A stretch of DNA of 64,000 nucleotides from Ruminococcus sp. (GTDB lineage: Bacteria; Bacillota; Clostridia; Oscillospirales; Ruminococcaceae): the NCBI GenBank assembly GCA_024403995.1, contig JAKSQT010000002.1, positions 22,149 through 86,148 on the forward strand. Reading direction: 5' to 3'. The position numbers and the translations under genes were made by a program. The notes under the pieces are model-generated. The model was not told the origin of the DNA and ran no database searches. It saw only the letters and a list, made by a program, of their open reading frames with translations. Below are positions 9,842 to 18,505 of this stretch, one piece after another (position 1 is the first letter of the stretch; each line of letters opens with the position of its first letter).

Positions 9842-11020
9842 ATGAAGGACATCGAAAAAACAAGCGTTGACAGAGTCAACAGCAGAAAACGTATACGCAG
9901 GCGCAGACGTTTCATGAATGTATATATTGCTGCCGTGCTTCTGCTTGTTGCCGTGATAGGCTTTGCGGTCAGCTATACGTTCCTGTTTAATATAAGCGAG
10001 ATAAAGGTCTCAGGCGAGTCGGATATGTACAGTGCCGAACAGATCGCCGAAGCATCCGGCATCAGGGAAGGCGACAACCTTCTGAGAACAGATACGGATG
10101 AAGGTGAGGCTGCAATTCTCCAGCAGCTTACCTATATAGAAAGTGTGGATATCAAAAGAAATTTCCCGTTTACTCTTGAAATAAGCGTAACGAAATGCAT
10201 TCCGTCCTATAATGTGAACTGCGGCTCAAAAAATCTTCTCATAAGCAAAAAAGGCAAGATACTCGCAGAAAACAATTATATCACCGACGGCGTGCCGACT
10301 ATCTATGGATATATGCCTATAAGTCATCTTGCAGGAGAACATATTAAAAGTGATGATGAACTTAAAGATGCTGCTTTCAATTCTCTTATCAATTCAATAG
10401 GAAAGCTGGAAGATGTCAATATTTCATCGATAAGCATGGCTGATGAGCACGACATTGTCATAAACTATAAAAACGGCATGGAATTCAGAATGGGCAACTG
10501 GAATGATGTGGACTATAAGCTGAATCTTGCCGCAACCGTTATGGAACAGGAGTCAGTCAAGGGAAAAAAAGGCTGCCTTACAATGATCGGAGCAAATCAG
10601 ATAGGCTTCAGAATGGCAAAAAATTCCTCATCAATCAAAAAGAACAGCAATACATCAAAAAATAAGACCGATGCAAACGGAAATCCCGTTTCTGACGGAA
10701 ATGAGCCGTCAGGTGAACAGAATCCCGAACAGGATGCTCTTTTCAGTGATTATAACAACCGTGATACAAGTGACGGCGATTTCTTCAACTGGGATACTGA
10801 AATTACTTTCGGGACTGAAAATACTACCGATGCAGACGGCGGATATTATGACGAAAACGGCATATACCATGATCAGTACGGCGGATACCTTGACTCGTGG
10901 GGCAACTATCATGACCAGTACGGCGGGTACTATGATTCATACGGAAACTACTACGACCAGTATGGAAATCCGGTTACAAATTCATGGGACAGCGGCTATT
11001 CTGACGATTACGGTTGGTAA
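9842..11020 (+). CDS. ftsQ: FtsQ/DivIB (POTRA domain) with acidic Tyr/Gly-repeat C-terminal tail
   Basis: Basic N-terminus, one TM helix, POTRA-like FNISEIKVSG...IKRNFPFTLEI; immediately upstream of ftsZ. Confidence 0.8.
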   Translation: MKDIEKTSVDRVNSRKRIRRRRRFMNVYIAAVLLLVAVIGFAVSYTFLFNISEIKVSGESDMYSAEQIAEASGIREGDNLLRTDTDEGEAAILQQLTYIESVDIKRNFPFTLEISVTKCIPSYNVNCGSKNLLISKKGKILAENNYITDGVPTIYGYMPISHLAGEHIKSDDELKDAAFNSLINSIGKLEDVNISSISMADEHDIVINYKNGMEFRMGNWNDVDYKLNLAATVMEQESVKGKKGCLTMIGANQIGFRMAKNSSSIKKNSNTSKNKTDANGNPVSDGNEPSGEQNPEQDALFSDYNNRDTSDGDFFNWDTEITFGTENTTDADGGYYDENGIYHDQYGGYLDSWGNYHDQYGGYYDSYGNYYDQYGNPVTNSWDSGYSDDYGW

Positions 11021-11105
11021 TCTTTATTGAAATGCACAAAATATTATTGCTGAATTTATCAATATTGTAAGATTTGCAGAAATTTATACGAATTGATTTG
11101 TAGAC

Positions 11106-11134
11106 TTGCAAAAATTATAATTCTATGATAGAAT
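11106..11134 (+). promoter_or_regulatory. sigmaA-type promoter of ftsZ
   Basis: TTGCAA-17-TAGAAT with extended TG. Confidence 0.55.
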
Positions 11135-11210
11135 ATATAGAGTATTTATTGCGTGAATTAGGTTCTGACCGTCTTTTCACGGTCGTATTAAATATTAGGA
11201 GGATCAAGAA

Positions 11211-12386
11211 ATGTCTGATTTTAATTACGAAGAAGCAATTGAGCCCGATGTTAACATAAAAGTCATCGGTGTCGGCGGCGGCGGCGGAAATGCCGTTAAC
11301 TGCATGGTTGAGTCAGGTGTGAATAATATAGAGTATATCGCTATCAATACTGATGCAAAGGCTCTCAATAAGTCAAAGGCTACTACTAAGATCCCGATAG
11401 GCGCAAAGCTCACAAAGGGCAGAGGCGCAGGAAATAAGCCTGAGGTCGGTCAGCGCAGTGCTGAGGAGAACCGTGATGAGATCGAAACTCATCTTAAAGG
11501 TGCTGATATGGTATTCATTACCGCAGGTATGGGCGGCGGTACAGGTACAGGTGCTGCTCCTGTCGTTGCTAAGATCGCAAAGGAAATGGATATCCTTACT
11601 GTTGCAGTCGTTACAAAGCCTTTCCTCTTTGAAAGAGAGCAGAAAATGGCTCAGGCTGAAAGAGGTATCGCTGAACTTAAAAAATATGTTGACTCACTTA
11701 TCGTTATCCCTAACGAAAGACTTCTTGTCGGTCTCGACAAGCCCCTCACAATGATGCAGTCTTTCGCTCTCTCTGATGACGTTCTCAAGACAGGTGTAAA
11801 GAGCATTTCTGACCTTATCGTCGAGGAAGGCTACATAAACCTCGACTTCGCAGACGTTTCTACTATCATGAAGGGCGCAGGCTATGCTCACATGGCTATC
11901 GGTCACGGTTCAGGCAAGGACAAGGCAAGAGATGCTGCAACTTCCGTTATCTCCAGCCCGCTTCTTGAAACATCAATCTCCGGTGCTAAGCGTCTCCTTA
12001 TCAATATCGCTATGTCTGAGGATATCCTCTCTGCCGATGTTGATGCAGCTACAAAGATGATCACAGATACTGCTGCTGAAGGCGTTGAGTTCATCTTCGG
12101 TACTGCTTTCAAGGAAGATATGCAGGATGAGATGACAATTACAGTTATCGCTGCAGGTTTCGACGACGATGCAGAGTCACTCTCCGTTCTTGATGACCAG
12201 CCTTTACAGAGCATCAAGGCTATCGAAACTGAAGCAAAGGAAACTGAGGAGGAGATCATCTCTATCGATAATCCTCTTATTGACGGACTCGGCTTTGGCG
12301 GTTCATCTTCAGCTTCTTCTTCAAGACAGTCTTCAAGCTCTCAGGACTATGACCTTGATGACATCTTCAAGATGCTCGGCAACTAA
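11211..12386 (+). CDS. ftsZ: Cell division protein FtsZ
   Basis: [24 protein letters not shown]. Confidence 0.98.
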   Translation: MSDFNYEEAIEPDVNIKVIGVGGGGGNAVNCMVESGVNNIEYIAINTDAKALNKSKATTKIPIGAKLTKGRGAGNKPEVGQRSAEENRDEIETHLKGADMVFITAGMGGGTGTGAAPVVAKIAKEMDILTVAVVTKPFLFEREQKMAQAERGIAELKKYVDSLIVIPNERLLVGLDKPLTMMQSFALSDDVLKTGVKSISDLIVEEGYINLDFADVSTIMKGAGYAHMAIGHGSGKDKARDAATSVISSPLLETSISGAKRLLINIAMSEDILSADVDAATKMITDTAAEGVEFIFGTAFKEDMQDEMTITVIAAGFDDDAESLSVLDDQPLQSIKAIETEAKETEEEIISIDNPLIDGLGFGGSSSASSSRQSSSSQDYDLDDIFKMLGN

Positions 12387-12400
12387 TTAACAGAATAATG

Positions 12401-12432
12401 GGGCAGCTTCAATAAAAGAGGCTGCCTTTTTT
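12401..12432 (+). terminator. ftsZ terminator
   Basis: gggcagcttc-aataaaa-gaggctgcct followed by a T-run. Confidence 0.8.
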
Positions 12433-12531
12433 GTTGCAATTTTACACACAAAATGTCCACGAAGTTTAGAAAAATATCATTTTTTGTTGTAAACTAACTA
12501 AAATCACAATGAAATTTCTACATATTAATAG

Positions 12532-12560
12532 TTGAAATATAATATCTTATATGATATAAT
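12532..12560 (+). promoter_or_regulatory. sigmaA-type promoter
   Basis: TTGAAA-17-TATAAT with extended TG. Confidence 0.7.
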
Positions 12561-12566
12561 TCTAAT

Positions 12567-12705
12567 AAGGCGTTGTGTCAGAACCTGTATTCATATGTTA
12601 TGATGCAGAAGCCATCTGCTTTTCAGGTAATTGTACCATAGTCATGTGTAACCTATGAATACAGGTTCTAATGGCTTGTCCGCAAACCCTATGCAGACAG
12701 GTTTT
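12567..12705 (+). ncRNA. Candidate structured leader/sRNA
   Basis: Perfect 16-bp inverted repeat (12580-12595/12654-12669) enclosing two small hairpins, then a terminator-like hairpin 12675-12701 plus tttt. Confidence 0.45.
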
Positions 12706-12755
12706 GATCCCTTTAAATTTTATCCTCGGCTTCCGAGGTGATTGGAGTGCAAATT

Positions 12756-14366
12756 ATGGAAGAACCAACCGTATTAAGAACCACCAAGATCGGCGGCGGA
12801 TTTGTCAAAGAGGACGTTATGACTTACCTCGATGAACTCAATTCCAAGATCGTCGGTCTCGAAGAAGAATTGAATGCTGCAAAGAGCAGTCCCGCTAATG
12901 ATGCGCAGGAGATCCAAAGGTATAAGACCCAGATAGAAAATCTTCAGGAAAAACTTAATACCTCCAATAATGCCCTCAGAGCTGCTAAAAAAGAGAATGA
13001 GGATCTTCAGAAAACTGTTGCTCAGCTTAAAGCAGGCGCTCAGAACGGTGCTCAGAATGCAGCCGCAAATCAGGCTCTTGAAGCTGCAAAGAAAGAGATA
13101 GATACTCTTAAGGCTCAGCTTAAAACTGCCGGCGGTCAGCAGAATAACGCTGCTCTCGAAGCTGCAAAGAAGGAGATTGAAACTCTCCGTGCTCAGCTTA
13201 AAGCTGCTGAACAGAAGGCTGTCGCTGCTCCTGCCGCTAACGCTGCAAGCGATGCAGAACTTTTAAAGGCTAAACAGGAACTCGCAAGAATTACAAGCGA
13301 GCTTGCTATGAAGTCTAAGGATATCGATAATAAAACTCACGAAATTACAGATAAAGATGCCAAGATCAAGGAACTTTCAAAGGCTAAGGAAGATGCCGAT
13401 GCAAAGATCAAGCAGCTTAATGATGAGATCGCTGACCTCAAGGAGAACGGCGCAGGCATGATTCCTGCATCATTTGATATGGGTGCTCTCTTTACAGAAG
13501 CTCAGAAGACTGCTAATAAGGTTACTATCGAGGCTCAGAAGAACGCTGACAGAGTAACAAGAGAAGCTAACGAAAAGGCTGAAAAGGTTACAAAAGAAGC
13601 TAATGAGAATGCTGAGAAGATCGTTGCAGATGCTAAGATAGAGGCTGAAAGAACTATCGCTAATGCTACTACTGCTGCTGAAACAGCCCTCAAAGAAGCT
13701 AACGATCAGTCCAAGAAGGCTATCGACAAGGCTAACAGCGATGCTAAGGCTCTTATCGAGGATGCAAACAGCAAGGCTAAGTCAACTGTTGATACTGCTA
13801 ATGCTCATGCCGATAAGGTAAATGAGATGACAGATACAGTCCGTGAGATGATTCTCAACGAGATCTCAAGCGTTAACACTAAGTTTGACGATATCACTTC
13901 AGTTCTCAAGAGACTTTCTACTCAGGCTATCGACAGAATGGACGAAGCTCAGCTCATAATCGGCGAGGCTCGTACAACTCTCGACAGCAAGGACAATGAT
14001 AAGATAAAGAAGATCGATGCTCCTTCTGCTAAGTTTGAGGCTATCACTGCATCCGAGATCAATGTCAAGGAAGTTGTTGCAGCTGCTGCAAATGCTGATA
14101 AGAAGGAAGATAAGTCATCTAAGGAACTTTTCGGTTCTTCAGATAAGTCATTCGGCGGAAACAAGCCGAATAACAGCTTCAGCAATAATAATAACAACAA
14201 TAATAATAACAATATCAATAAACCGTCATCTGCTCCTGTTAACAACCAGAATAAACCTCAGCAGAATAACGGTCAGCCTCAGAAGAAGTCATCTATTTTC
14301 AATAATGACATGGCTGAACTCCTCAAAGCAGTTGAGGAAGAAGCTTCTAAGAGCGTAGAAGACTAA
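12756..14366 (+). CDS. DivIVA-like long coiled-coil protein
   Basis: N-terminal LRTTKIGGGFVKEDVMTYLDEL resembles the DivIVA head; long coiled coils and an Asn-rich tail; ATG 12756 follows GGAG. Confidence 0.7.
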   Translation: MEEPTVLRTTKIGGGFVKEDVMTYLDELNSKIVGLEEELNAAKSSPANDAQEIQRYKTQIENLQEKLNTSNNALRAAKKENEDLQKTVAQLKAGAQNGAQNAAANQALEAAKKEIDTLKAQLKTAGGQQNNAALEAAKKEIETLRAQLKAAEQKAVAAPAANAASDAELLKAKQELARITSELAMKSKDIDNKTHEITDKDAKIKELSKAKEDADAKIKQLNDEIADLKENGAGMIPASFDMGALFTEAQKTANKVTIEAQKNADRVTREANEKAEKVTKEANENAEKIVADAKIEAERTIANATTAAETALKEANDQSKKAIDKANSDAKALIEDANSKAKSTVDTANAHADKVNEMTDTVREMILNEISSVNTKFDDITSVLKRLSTQAIDRMDEAQLIIGEARTTLDSKDNDKIKKIDAPSAKFEAITASEINVKEVVAAAANADKKEDKSSKELFGSSDKSFGGNKPNNSFSNNNNNNNNNNINKPSSAPVNNQNKPQQNNGQPQKKSSIFNNDMAELLKAVEEEASKSVED

Positions 14367-14453
14367 TCAGATATTATCTGTCTCCTTTCCCGATTTTTCG
14401 GGAAGGGGACGGTATACACTCTTTATTTTAACTGATTCGTTGATGAATTCAGA

Positions 14454-15050
14454 ATGTTGGTGGATGTCTTGCTTGAATTTGATTTCAATTTAAATGCTTA
14501 CAGCAGTAAAACTGACGAGGAGCTTGTCGTACTCGCTAAAAATGAAAAGTCCGCAGCAGCTGCTCTTGTTGCACGTTACTCAAAGCTCGTTTGGGTTAAA
14601 TCTAAGATCTATGCAAATTCCGATACCGACAGTGAGGACCTTAATCAGGAGGGACTTATGACTCTCCTCAAAGCAATCAATGCCTTCGACCCCCGTCGTG
14701 GCGTTAAGTTCTCAACCTTTGCTGAGGTCTGTATAGTCAATTGTATGCGGACTATTTCCGCAAAATCGGGAAAAGATTTGCTCTCGTCCCAGCCGATAGA
14801 TGAAACCGAGGAGGAAGATTTTCTGGCTGACGAGGAAACTCCTGAGAGCATCTATTTGTATAAAGAGTTCTTTTCTGAATTGCTCCGCAGTATCGAAACA
14901 TCACTTTCTCCTACTGAACTCAGAGTATTCAACCTTTGTGTTCAGGGAAATTCATATAAACAAACTGCCGAAAAACTCGGTATGACGGAAAAAGCTGTCG
15001 ATAATGCAATGCAGAGAGCAAGAAAGAAAATACGTACTAATTTTTCATAA
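14454..15050 (+). CDS. SigH-like sigma-70 family factor
   Basis: DLNQEGL..LLKAINAFD, FSTFAEVCI, KAVDNAMQRARKK. Confidence 0.8.
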   Translation: MLVDVLLEFDFNLNAYSSKTDEELVVLAKNEKSAAAALVARYSKLVWVKSKIYANSDTDSEDLNQEGLMTLLKAINAFDPRRGVKFSTFAEVCIVNCMRTISAKSGKDLLSSQPIDETEEEDFLADEETPESIYLYKEFFSELLRSIETSLSPTELRVFNLCVQGNSYKQTAEKLGMTEKAVDNAMQRARKKIRTNFS

Positions 15051-15130
15051 CTATGGTTAAGAGAACCGATGTTCGGATATTAAGGCTGTCCGTCTGCCAT
15101 GTGCACTGCGTGGAATTGGTTCTGAAATAT

Positions 15131-15195
15131 GGCCGTGTAGCTTAATCCCAGAGCGTTGTTTAACAAAGATGTGGGTGTAAATCCAACCGTGGTCT
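15131..15195 (+). ncRNA. tRNA-like cloverleaf with a stunted anticodon arm (not a canonical tRNA)
   Basis: Acceptor GGCCGTG/CGTGGTC, TA at positions 8-9, D-arm GCTT-AATCCCA-GAGC, mini hairpin TTGT-TTA-ACAA, variable AGAT, T-arm GTGGG-TGTAAAT-CCAAC. Confidence 0.6.
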
Positions 15196-15221
15196 AATTA
15201 TTTTAAGCGAGGTATTGTAAA

Positions 15222-15497
15222 ATGTTCGAAGACAAGAAATTAGTCTGCAAGGAATGTGGCAGTGAATTCACTTTCACAGCAGGCGAACAGGAATTTTATG
15301 CTGAAAAAGGATTCGTAAACGAGCCACAGAGATGCAAAAGCTGTCGTGACGCAAGAAAGAATGCCGGCAGAGCTGAAAGAGTTATGTATACAGCTGTTTG
15401 TGCTGCTTGCGGTGCAGAAGCTAAGGTTCCTTTCGAGCCAAAGGAAGGCAGATCAGTTTACTGCAGCGAGTGCTTTGCTAAGAGAAACGAAGCATAA
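15222..15497 (+). CDS. Double zinc-ribbon protein (zf-trcl type plus CxxC-x17-CxxC domain)
   Basis: DKKLVCKECG.EFTFTAGEQEFY..KGF.NEP.RC..CR and CAACG...VPFEP...RSVYCSEC. Confidence 0.9.
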   Translation: MFEDKKLVCKECGSEFTFTAGEQEFYAEKGFVNEPQRCKSCRDARKNAGRAERVMYTAVCAACGAEAKVPFEPKEGRSVYCSECFAKRNEA

Positions 15498-15509
15498 TTA
15501 AAATGAAGT

Positions 15510-15549
15510 CCGACAGCACAGCTTTTTGGCTGTGCTGGGATTTTATTTT
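15510..15549 (+). terminator. Terminator
   Basis: cagcacagc/gctgtgctg stem followed by a T-rich tail. Confidence 0.6.
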
Positions 15550-15781
15550 GTGAATGATGATTTTTATGCTGATTATTCAGCAAATTATTAATTTTCTGAG
15601 CATATTTTGCTGCCTATTGTATATAATAACTGAATGGCAGCTTTATTATTGTTCCACCAATTAAGTCTTGAATAATTTATGTACAGAACCCGCAGTATTT
15701 CGCTGTCAGGTCAAGCAGAAAATTCAAGGTTTAATTTGGGGAACAATATGTGTAAATTTCCATCTGAAGGGACGATTTAAA

Positions 15782-15985
15782 ATGCAGATTACAAAAGAAA
15801 CAATTATTGGTGATATTCTTGACGCAGATTTCGGCGTTGCTAATTATTTCCTCGAAATAGGTATGCACTGTCTCGGATGCCCGGCATCAAGAGGCGAGTC
15901 TATCGAGGAGGCTTGTGCCGTTCACGGTACTGATCCTGACGAGCTTGTTGCAAAACTTAATGCTCACTTTGCAGCAAAACAGTAA
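15782..15985 (+). CDS. DUF1858 small protein
   Basis: MQITKETIIGDIL...GMHCLGCPASRGESIEEACAVHG; start moved to ATG 15782. Confidence 0.85.
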   Translation: MQITKETIIGDILDADFGVANYFLEIGMHCLGCPASRGESIEEACAVHGTDPDELVAKLNAHFAAKQ

Positions 15986-16073
15986 CAGAATCACTTTAGC
16001 GAAATTCGGCTTGCAAAGTCTTTTTTTCGGCATACTGCTTTAAGTATGCCTTATTTTGTAAAGGGGTGCAGAA

Positions 16074-17522
16074 ATGCTTGATAATAGATTAACGCTCTGT
16101 GCGGAACTCGTAGGCGGTGAGGGAATTGTGTGCGATGTTGGTACTGACCACGCATATCTTGCGGCTGAACTTATCAACTCGGGCAAATGTCAGAAAGTGA
16201 TCGCATCGGATATAAACGAGGGTCCGCTCAAATCCGCACGAAAAACTGTTGAAAAATATAATGTGGCTGATAAGGTAGATCTTGTTCTCTCAGACGGACT
16301 TGAAAATGTGCCTCTTGACGGTGTATCAGATATTGTCATCGCAGGAATGGGCGGTGAGACGATAGCCGATATTATTGGTGAGTCGGGAATTGATGCTGAA
16401 GATGATATAAAATTAATTCTTCAGCCTATGACAAAGCCCGAAGTATTGCGAAAAAAGCTCTATGAATATCAGTTTGAGATAGTAAAAGAAGCGCTTGCCG
16501 AGGATGGCGACAAGCTTTATGTTGTAATGGTCGCAAAGCCAAGTTCTGAATGGCAGCAGCTTACCGAAACAGAGGCTATTTACGGCTTTTTTGAGCCGGA
16601 TGACCCGCTTGCGAACAAATATCGCCATAGTGAGGCTGAACGTCTTCAGATGATCAGCGAAAGCCTTGAAGCTGCCGGAAAATACAACGATGCTCAGCAT
16701 TTCAGGTCAATGAGTTACCGCATGGAATACGGTACGGATATCGTGAAAATTCAGGATATCTATAATTATCTTAATGAGGTATATCCGTTTGATTTGCAGG
16801 AAAGCTGGGATAATTCGGGACTTCTTGTTGAGAATTTTGATATGGAATGCCGCCGTGTTCTCCTTACGCTTGATATTACGAATACGGTCATCAACGAGGC
16901 TGCCGAAAAATGCTCTAAGCTTATTATTTCGCATCATCCCGTAATTTTTGAGCCGCTTAAAAAAATTGACCGCTATTCACCGGTCTATAAACTTATTGAT
17001 AACGGTATTGCGGCTATTTGTATGCATACCAATCTTGATATCGCTCAGGGCGGCACAAATGGCGTTATATTGCGTAAATTCGTAGAAAAATTTGAACTCG
17101 CCTGCGACCCTGAACCTTTTGAGGACTGCGGAAACGGTCAGTTCCTCGGTTGGATCGTTACTTTGAAGGAACGTGTCAGTGCAGGCGGATTCGGCGAATC
17201 GATGAAGGATATTTTCGGATGTGAGTACGTCAGAATGTCCAGAAGGAGTATGTCCGTATCAAAAATTGCGATTTGCTCAGGTTCGGGCGGTTCAATGCTC
17301 AGACTTGCGCTCAGCAAAAATTGCGATGCTCTCGTTACCGGTGATGTTAAGCATGATGTGTGGATATCTGCTGAAAACAGCGCATTTACGATATTTGACT
17401 GCGGTCATTTCCATACAGAGAATATCGTTCTGCTGGAGCTTCGCCGTGTTCTCGAAGCTAAGTTCCCACAGCTTGATATAGAAGTTGCAGAGGGTTCGAT
17501 TGACCCGTGTAAATATGTCTGA
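16074..17522 (+). CDS. Fusion of tRNA m1A22 methyltransferase TrmK and a Nif3-like dinuclear metal protein
   Basis: N-half DVGTDHAYL, IAGMGG, LILQPM; C-half QESWDNSGL, IISHHP, HTNLD, TGDVKH, GHFHTE. Confidence 0.88.
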   Translation: MLDNRLTLCAELVGGEGIVCDVGTDHAYLAAELINSGKCQKVIASDINEGPLKSARKTVEKYNVADKVDLVLSDGLENVPLDGVSDIVIAGMGGETIADIIGESGIDAEDDIKLILQPMTKPEVLRKKLYEYQFEIVKEALAEDGDKLYVVMVAKPSSEWQQLTETEAIYGFFEPDDPLANKYRHSEAERLQMISESLEAAGKYNDAQHFRSMSYRMEYGTDIVKIQDIYNYLNEVYPFDLQESWDNSGLLVENFDMECRRVLLTLDITNTVINEAAEKCSKLIISHHPVIFEPLKKIDRYSPVYKLIDNGIAAICMHTNLDIAQGGTNGVILRKFVEKFELACDPEPFEDCGNGQFLGWIVTLKERVSAGGFGESMKDIFGCEYVRMSRRSMSVSKIAICSGSGGSMLRLALSKNCDALVTGDVKHDVWISAENSAFTIFDCGHFHTENIVLLELRRVLEAKFPQLDIEVAEGSIDPCKYV

Positions 17523-17530
17523 GGTGAGAA

Positions 17531-18349
17531 ATGGGTATACTAATTTGTCCTGTATGCGGCGAAAAGCTCAATTTATCAGATAGAAGCTACGTCTGTCCAA
17601 ACCGCCACAGCTTCGATAAGGCTAAAAGCGGATATGTAAATCTGCTGCTTTCAAAGCATATCGGTAAAACTGTTCACGGCGACAACAAGCTTATGGTTCA
17701 GGCAAGGCGTGATTTCCTCGAAAAAGGCTATTATGCGCCGCTGAAAGATGCGCTTTGTGAAATTGTATCCGATAAGCTTGACGGAAATGTCATTCTTGAT
17801 GCAGGCTGCGGTGAAGGTTATTATACCACCGCAATTTACGATAAGCTGAACTCACAGCAAAAATCGGTCAGTATGTATGGCATTGACATATCAAAAATTG
17901 CGGTCGAGGCTGCTGCGAAAAGAAAGAAAAATATTACATTTGCGGCGGCAAGCGTATTTCATATTCCTGTTCTGAGCGATTCGTGCGATATGCTTGTCAC
18001 GATGTTTGCTCCGTACTGCGGTGCGGAATATGTCCGTGTTCTGCGAAAAGACGGCATTATGACGATGGCTGTCCCGTCAACGGAACATCTTTGGGAACTG
18101 AAAAAAGCGATTTATGATATTCCTTATCTCAATGAAGTCAAGCCTTTTGACCTTGAAGGCTTTGACTTTATCGGGCATGAGCATATTGCATATAATATGG
18201 AGCTGGCATCTCAGCAAGATGTACAATCACTCTTTTCTATGACTCCTTATTATTACCGTACAGGCAGAGATCAGCAGCAGCGGCTTGAACAGATTTGCTC
18301 AATCTGCACAAAAGCTGATTTTGAATTGCTGATATATCGCAAGAAATGA
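17531..18349 (+). CDS. 23S rRNA m1G methyltransferase, RlmA family
   Basis: N-terminal Zn finger CPVC...CPNRHSFD, GYVNLL, LDAGCGEGYY, MTPYY. Confidence 0.85.
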   Translation: MGILICPVCGEKLNLSDRSYVCPNRHSFDKAKSGYVNLLLSKHIGKTVHGDNKLMVQARRDFLEKGYYAPLKDALCEIVSDKLDGNVILDAGCGEGYYTTAIYDKLNSQQKSVSMYGIDISKIAVEAAAKRKKNITFAAASVFHIPVLSDSCDMLVTMFAPYCGAEYVRVLRKDGIMTMAVPSTEHLWELKKAIYDIPYLNEVKPFDLEGFDFIGHEHIAYNMELASQQDVQSLFSMTPYYYRTGRDQQQRLEQICSICTKADFELLIYRKK

Positions 18350-18505
18350 CTGGAAATATATTGTGTGAAGTGATATAATAATGATGTTGAGAGATGTTGG
18401 TCACTGTCAATTTTCGTTTATTGCTTCACACTTTTGTTTTGTAAGGTACAGCACAACTTTTGAAAAACTGTACTGACCAAAAATTAAATGTAAAGGATTG
18501 ATTCG

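Noticed and set aside
14180-14222. AAT/AAC microsatellite as a phase-variation site
   Set aside because: Triplet, imperfect and in-frame poly-Asn; slippage would not shift the frame
12580-15123. Both junction RNAs (12580 and 15062) open with AGAACC and close with GGTTCT
   Set aside because: Only 6 bp shared and inner sequences unrelated; not enough to call one family
15131-15195. Functional tRNA gene
   Set aside because: Anticodon arm too short, no D-loop GG, no TTC in the T loop, no CCA; kept only as a tRNA-like element
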